Source: Deltaproteobacteria bacterium | GTDB lineage: Bacteria; Myxococcota_A; UBA9160; UBA6930 | Assembly (NCBI GenBank): GCA_029261815.1 | Contig: JAJDAQ010000069.1 | Span: 12,340-76,339, forward strand | Direction of reading: 5' to 3' | DNA length: 64,000 bases | Program-made: the position numbers and the translations under genes | The notes under the pieces: model-generated | What the model was told of the DNA's origin: nothing | Seen by the model: the letters and a program-made list of their open reading frames with translations, nothing else | Databases searched by the model: none | Shown here: piece by piece, positions 59,424 to 64,000 of the stretch | How the letters are laid out: each line of letters opens with the position of its first letter | Numbering within the stretch: position 1 is the first letter of the stretch

Positions 59424-60017
59424 TCAGCGCGCTTGGCGGAACATCGGCCAGAGCTTGGCGGTCTCGCTGCCGACGATCTCGCCCATCACCTCGAAACCGA
59501 AGCGCTCGTACAACGGAATATTCGCGGCATTCGAAGACTCCAGGTACGCCGGCAGGCCATCCTCATCTACCCGGCGGAGGGCATGTTCGAGCAGCGCCGA
59601 GCCGTGGCCCTTCCCTTGTCGGGTCGGATCCACACCGATGATGGGGAGGTACCAGTGCGGCTCGTCAGGATGCCACTGCTCCATCTGGGCGACGGCCGGC
59701 ATTTTGGCCTCCATCTCCGCCTGCGTCATGTTCTCGGCGAAGCCCGCACCCTGGATCGCGATGTCGGGTGCCACGCCCGGCGGCAACCAGATACTCGCGG
59801 CATGCACAGCGTGCTCCCCGCGGACGACGTACACGGTCCCCTGATCCATCCCCGGCACCAGCGACCCTTCGATGAAGCCGCGGAACATCGGCACGAAGGT
59901 CTCGGGACGCTCCGCGACCCAGCGCGTGAAGGGGTCGGCCGCGAATGCCAGCTGCAGGGTGCAGACCACGGCCTCCCGGTCTTCGTTCGTCGTGGCTTGC
60001 TGGATGTTCTGCGGCAT
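59424..60017 (-). CDS. GNAT family N-acetyltransferase
   Basis: Start ATG 60017. Acetyl-CoA motif RQGKGHGSALLEHAL, followed by NIPLYERFGFEV. Confidence 0.85.
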   Translation of the reverse strand: MPQNIQQATTNEDREAVVCTLQLAFAADPFTRWVAERPETFVPMFRGFIEGSLVPGMDQGTVYVVRGEHAVHAASIWLPPGVAPDIAIQGAGFAENMTQAEMEAKMPAVAQMEQWHPDEPHWYLPIIGVDPTRQGKGHGSALLEHALRRVDEDGLPAYLESSNAANIPLYERFGFEVMGEIVGSETAKLWPMFRQAR

Positions 60018-60202
60018 CGGGCCTCCCGGGCTTCGCGCATGGTGCGCCGGATCGGCTGCAATGAAAAGTGGGAAAACCGATTCCTGCTTTTGCCGGGTCC
60101 GCAAGGAATTGCGAGAGGCAACCCGCGCGGCCAAGCGCGCGTTCTCGCAGGTATCTCAGCCGGAATCCGCGGGCTGGCACGATCCCTGCTTTACCGGAGC
60201 CC

Positions 60203-60916
60203 ATGACGCACCAACTCCGCCTCCCCATGAACTCCGGAAGCCGCTGGCTCAGATCCGCCGGGCTCGCCTTCGCGATGCTCCTCTTCGCCGCGTCGGCTTC
60301 CGCCACCACCTTTACCGTCCACGGATTCGAGCTGGGCGAGCGGATCACCGTATTCGGCAGCCGCAGCGTGAACACGGCGCTCCTCGATGTATCACTCGAC
60401 GCCATGCGCGGGGAGTCGTTCTGTGTCGACCTCGACACCTACATCTCGACCTCGGCCTACGACGTGCGCGCGGTCCTCGACCCGTTCGTGGACCCGGCTC
60501 CGGCAGACGAGGCGCCGCGCGACCTCGCCTGGGCCGGCTTCGTCATGAATAACTTCGGCTTCGATGTGGGCCAACTCGTCAGCGCCACGGTCACGCGCGT
60601 CCAGGCGATCACGGGCGTTCAAGCCGCCATCTGGGAGGGCATCTACGGGGGCAACGTCGTCGACGACAGCAGCCTTTCCGCGGGCGCCCAGGAGATCTTC
60701 TTCCGGATCCTGAACGCCGGCGGCGGGTGGATCGGTGGCGGGGCCGATGGCGGCGAGCCCGGCGGCGGCTTCGCTCTGGAAGGTCCGGCCGTTGTGGTCG
60801 ACCTGGCCAACAACCAGGATCAGGTCTTCACCAAGCCGATCCCGGAACCGAGCGCCGCGCTGGTGTTCGGCATCGGTGCCTTGCTGGTCGGTGCTACCCG
60901 GCGGACGCGCGCCTAG
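60203..60916 (+). CDS. PEP-CTERM-tailed surface protein with thioester-domain (TQXA-type) signature
   Basis: Signal peptide LAFAMLLFAASASA. SFCVDLD (Cys74, codon 60422..60424) and GVQAAIW (Gln140, codon 60620..60622). C-terminal PIPEPSAALVFGIGALLVGATRRTRA. Confidence 0.75.
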   Translation: MTHQLRLPMNSGSRWLRSAGLAFAMLLFAASASATTFTVHGFELGERITVFGSRSVNTALLDVSLDAMRGESFCVDLDTYISTSAYDVRAVLDPFVDPAPADEAPRDLAWAGFVMNNFGFDVGQLVSATVTRVQAITGVQAAIWEGIYGGNVVDDSSLSAGAQEIFFRILNAGGGWIGGGADGGEPGGGFALEGPAVVVDLANNQDQVFTKPIPEPSAALVFGIGALLVGATRRTRA

Positions 60917-60973
60917 CGCTTCGTCCACTCGGAGCGCGGGTTCCTGCCAGGGAACTTCCCGCGTTTTGGCGTC

Positions 60974-62128
60974 TCACCCAGAGAGGCGGCGTGCCAGGCG
61001 GCGCGCCGCCTCTTTTGCGTCTTCGGGCGGGACAACCGTAAAACAAAGCCGGACCCAGCCGTCGTAGTCGCGGCCGGCAGCCGAGCCGGGAGCGACCAGG
61101 ACGCCGTCGTCGGCGCAGTCTTCGAGGAAACCCCGCATGCCGCGTTCGTCAAAGGCTCCGCGGGCGTCCGCAAACAGGAAACACGAGCCTTCCGGCGGGG
61201 CCAGACCAAGCACCCCGGCGACCGCACATCCGGTGTCTGCGTATTCGGCCCGTGTCGCGGCGACCCAGTCTGCACCGCCTTCGAGCGCTTGCAGCCCAGC
61301 AAACTGGGCCGCGGTGGGGGCATGATAGGCGGAGTGCACCGAGACCTTGTGAATGGCTTCTCGAATCGACGTCGGCGCAGCAAGGTAGCCGGCTCTATTC
61401 CCAGCCATCCCATACGCCTTCGAGAACGAATACACGGACACCGTGCGTTCGGGCGCGAAGCGTGCGGCCGAAACATGCTCACCCTTGTAGACGTAGTCCT
61501 CGTAGACCTCGTCGGACAACACCCAGAGGTCGTTTGCGGCCGCCCAGTTCGCGAGCGCCTCTACGATCTCGGGTGCAAGCACGCGACCGGTCGGATTCGA
61601 TGGGTTCGAGAAGTAGACGGCGACACTTCGCGAGGTCCGGACGGACTCGACGGCGGCCAACGCCTCGGTGACGGTCGCGACACGGTCGTAGAACGGCACC
61701 TCGACCGGAACCGCGCCGTGCGACACTACGATCCCGCGAATCAGTGGCCAGAACGGCGCCAGGACAAGCACCTCTTCGCCCGGGTCCGCGAGTGCACCGA
61801 TGGCACAGGACAGTCCCGAGGTCGCCCCCGCCGTCACCAGGATCTGGTCCAGCTCGCAGTCGTGATTTCGCTTCCGCACCTTCTCCACGAGGGCTTCGCG
61901 GAGCGCGGGCAGGCCGTCGGTCGGCCCGTAGCGGTGGAGCCCTGGAGAATCGTGCTCAGACAGCGCCGTCATTTGTGCGCCCTCGAACGGTGCCCTCCAG
62001 GTGTCCCCGACATGGAGTGGGAAGACCGGCCCGTCGACCTTGGCAAGGCGATGCGCCACCGGCGAGTAGACGGCACTCGGGAGCGCCTCGGTCAATTGAG
62101 ACGAATGTCTGTCGGTCGGCTTCGGCAA
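60974..62128 (-). CDS. class I/II PLP-dependent aminotransferase
   Basis: PLP-Lys motif SFSKAYGMAGNRAGY and NPSNPTG. Start uncertain: there is no ATG downstream of the neighbouring gene's stop, and the candidates are TTG 62128 or 62095. Confidence 0.8.
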   Translation of the reverse strand: MPKPTDRHSSQLTEALPSAVYSPVAHRLAKVDGPVFPLHVGDTWRAPFEGAQMTALSEHDSPGLHRYGPTDGLPALREALVEKVRKRNHDCELDQILVTAGATSGLSCAIGALADPGEEVLVLAPFWPLIRGIVVSHGAVPVEVPFYDRVATVTEALAAVESVRTSRSVAVYFSNPSNPTGRVLAPEIVEALANWAAANDLWVLSDEVYEDYVYKGEHVSAARFAPERTVSVYSFSKAYGMAGNRAGYLAAPTSIREAIHKVSVHSAYHAPTAAQFAGLQALEGGADWVAATRAEYADTGCAVAGVLGLAPPEGSCFLFADARGAFDERGMRGFLEDCADDGVLVAPGSAAGRDYDGWVRLCFTVVPPEDAKEAARRLARRLSG

Positions 62129-62138
62129 GCCGTGGAGA

Positions 62139-62876
62139 CTAGCGCTGCCGTCGGAGCTCGCGGAAGCCGGCCGTACACGCAGCCGTGAGCAGGAGCAGCG
62201 CTGCCACGCGGGGCTCGGGAGTGACGATATAGGAAGAGACGTCGCCCGAAACGCGTGCGATCGAGAAGTTCGGCGGACCACTCGGCGATGACACCGAGCA
62301 CGTGAACTGAACGATGGGGAAGGCGCTCAAGCTCGTCGGCGTGAAGAATGCCACCGATGTGAGGGTCTGGGCCGACGGGTCGACGAAGCTCAGTGAGCAA
62401 GCCACGGCGGCGGATCCGATCACAGGAGCCGGCACGCTGGTGGCGTACGGAATCTGCCAGAAGTCGATGGGCCCATTCGGGTCGGGAAAGTCCAAGGGAT
62501 TCAGGTTGTTCTGAATCTGGATGAGCGGCAGCGGGAAGGTGCCCCCGGCCGGCTGGAGAACGAGATCACCGAGGCTCCCCGTAAGGCGGAGCGTCTCTGG
62601 GCCGAGCACACCAATGGGCAACCCGAAGATCGGCCCAATATCGCCAGGCCACACGTAGGTCCCGCCTGCGGCAAAGTCCAAGCCCGCGAGCTGCCCCACG
62701 AAGAACGCCGTTGGATCGTACTCGGCACTTCCAGAGAAAGGTGTTCCGAGCCCGGGCAGAAGGCCCTGCGGGTCGTTCGCGGTGTCGATGACGCCGGAGA
62801 ACTCCACCCGAAGGGCATGGGCCGGAAGAGCGAGCAGGGAGATCAACAGGAGCGGAAACAGCAGGCGGGCGCGCAT
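62139..62876 (-). CDS. PEP-CTERM-tailed secreted hypothetical protein
   Basis: Start ATG 62876. Signal peptide MRARLLFPLLLISLLALPAHA. C-terminus IVTPEPRVAALLLLTAACTAGFRELRRQR. Confidence 0.7.
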   Translation of the reverse strand: MRARLLFPLLLISLLALPAHALRVEFSGVIDTANDPQGLLPGLGTPFSGSAEYDPTAFFVGQLAGLDFAAGGTYVWPGDIGPIFGLPIGVLGPETLRLTGSLGDLVLQPAGGTFPLPLIQIQNNLNPLDFPDPNGPIDFWQIPYATSVPAPVIGSAAVACSLSFVDPSAQTLTSVAFFTPTSLSAFPIVQFTCSVSSPSGPPNFSIARVSGDVSSYIVTPEPRVAALLLLTAACTAGFRELRRQR

Positions 62877-62977
62877 TCGGACCTCGGCCCGTTCCCAGAC
62901 CTTCAGGGTCCCACGGATCGACCGACGGGGCAACGGCGCCTGTTATTCTATGTGTGTCCCGAAACTGGAGGTCCGCC

Positions 62978-63460
62978 ATGGCAAGCGAAGCCGATGCCCC
63001 GATCCCGATGACGACGTTGCTGCCCGACTTTTTCGAGCGCTTCTTCGCGTTCTTCAAGCCGGGACATACCGGGGGCGTGGTGCCCGCGCGCATCAAGGAA
63101 CTGGCGCGGCTCAAAATCGCGGCGCTCAATGGCTGCGACACCTGACTGTTCGCCCGGTACGCGTCGGCGACGCGTCAAGGACTGAACGAAGAGACGGTGG
63201 CCCAGATTCACAAGCCGGAAGCCGAGCGGGTCTTGGAACCGCGCGAGGCATTGGCGGTGCGGTTTGCCGAGAAGCTGGCGCTCGACTTCCGCGAAGTCGA
63301 TGCCGCCTTCAAGGCCGAACTTCGAGAGCACTTCGACGATGCCGAGATCTCGGAGCTTGGACTGATGATCGGCCAGTACATGGCGCTGGGGCGCATGCTC
63401 GTGATCGCGGGCGGAGACAAGATGGCGTGCGAGATCTACGACCCCGAGGCGTCCTACTAG
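62978..63460 (+). CDS. AhpD-like / carboxymuconolactone decarboxylase family protein with in-frame TGA (candidate selenocysteine, CxxU); alternatively a pseudogene
   Basis: ATG 62978 lies 7-8 nt after GGAGG. ...ELARLKIAALNGCDT[TGA 63143..63145]LFARYASATRQGLNEETVAQI... continues in the same frame to 63460. The TGA falls where the second Cys of the family's CxxC motif lies. Confidence 0.6.
63159..63175 (+). promoter_or_regulatory. candidate bacterial SECIS hairpin
   Basis: ACGCGTC-GGC-GACGCGT: a perfect 7-bp stem starting 13 nt after the TGA. The apical loop begins 20 nt after the TGA and starts with G. Confidence 0.45.
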
Positions 63461-63481
63461 GACTCCAGCCGGACTCCGTCG

Positions 63482-63967
63482 CTAGTTCGGCCAAGCACCC
63501 TCGTGCCTGAGCAGCCAACGTTTGCGTTCGACGCCACCGGCGTAACCGGCCAGCGACCCGTCCGCCGCGATCACGCGATGGCACGGCACGATGATCGCGA
63601 GCGGGTTGTGGTGGTTCGCCTGGCCGATCGCACGCGCGGCACGAGGCCGGCCGGCCGCACGCGCGAGTTCGCGATACGAAACCGTGGTCCCGTACGGAAT
63701 GCGGCGCAGCGCCCTCCATACTTCACACTGGAAGTCCGTCCCAGACGGCATCAGCGTCAGACCCTCCCAGGGGTCCTTCTCTCCGGCGAAGTACGCGTCC
63801 AGTGCCCGCTCCGCCGCATCGAGGTGCGGCACCGCCTGCACATCCGCGCGCGGGGCCGGAAGCCTTGGGCAACCCTGAAGCAGGCAGTGCGTCAGCCCTT
63901 CGGCTCCAGCCGCCAGGACGAGGGCTCCGATCGGGGTTTCGATCGACCGTACATTGGATTGGCTCAT
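63482..63967 (-). CDS. ogt: methylated-DNA--protein-cysteine methyltransferase (second copy)
   Basis: Active-site motif VPCHRVIAADGSLAGYAGG. 161 aa. Confidence 0.9.
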   Translation of the reverse strand: MSQSNVRSIETPIGALVLAAGAEGLTHCLLQGCPRLPAPRADVQAVPHLDAAERALDAYFAGEKDPWEGLTLMPSGTDFQCEVWRALRRIPYGTTVSYRELARAAGRPRAARAIGQANHHNPLAIIVPCHRVIAADGSLAGYAGGVERKRWLLRHEGAWPN

Positions 63968-64000
63968 GTCTTCTTCCTTGGGCGCGTCGGATTCTTTGGG

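Noticed and set aside
63143-63145. Interpreting the split AhpD-like ORF as an ordinary pseudogene or two separate small genes.
   Set aside because: Not fully excluded, and it is kept as the alternative. It is disfavoured for three reasons. The single interruption is a TGA exactly at the redox-Cys position. The frame and codon bias continue. A perfect hairpin sits at SECIS distance. The downstream piece would otherwise need a GTG start with no SD.

Overview
This is a visibly high-GC bacterial chromosomal segment, densely coding on both strands. I support about 55 protein genes. I recognised no rRNA, tRNA, CRISPR array, transposase or integrase. The gene content hints at a Myxococcota/deltaproteobacteria-like organism: an NtrC-type sigma-54 activator, a DUF4388 pseudo-receiver regulator, PEP-CTERM-type sorting tails, a MopE-like Cys/Asp motif and a CX4CH haem motif. 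That assignment is inference only.

Housekeeping anchors are groES-groEL, asnS, a class I FBP aldolase (fbaB-like), a cyclophilin, rmlA-rmlC and comM/yifB. Accessory blocks are:
- a lipid/xenobiotic catabolic island (two tandem acyl-CoA dehydrogenases, MFS, patatin, PNPOx-like flavoprotein, P450, SnoaL);
- a tetR-MFP-RND efflux operon;
- two neutral-ceramidase-like paralogues, one next to an ethanolamine permease;
- a VWA/OmpA/M28-like envelope cluster.

Most notable observations:
1. A bacterial DNA topoisomerase VI operon (top6B-top6A, 30131..33225). Both subunits carry Lys/Ala/Thr-rich histone-H1-like N-terminal tails. The operon is preceded by a near-consensus sigma-54 promoter, a 66-aa acidic ORF and an SD-sequestering hairpin. 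A separate 122-aa protein with the same kind of basic tail (6640..7008) lies next to a sigma-54 activator.
2. An AhpD/CMD-family ORF has an in-frame TGA exactly where the second Cys of the CxxC redox motif should be, followed by a perfect hairpin. It is a candidate selenoprotein.
3. A small PEP-CTERM-tailed protein carries the Cys...TQxA(I/V)W-type signature of internal thioester domains.
4. An unannotated 51-aa LysW-like zinc-ribbon ORF.
5. A 1097-aa beta-propeller/di-haem-peroxidase-like exoprotein.

All functional calls come from reading motifs in the translations by eye. No database search was run.
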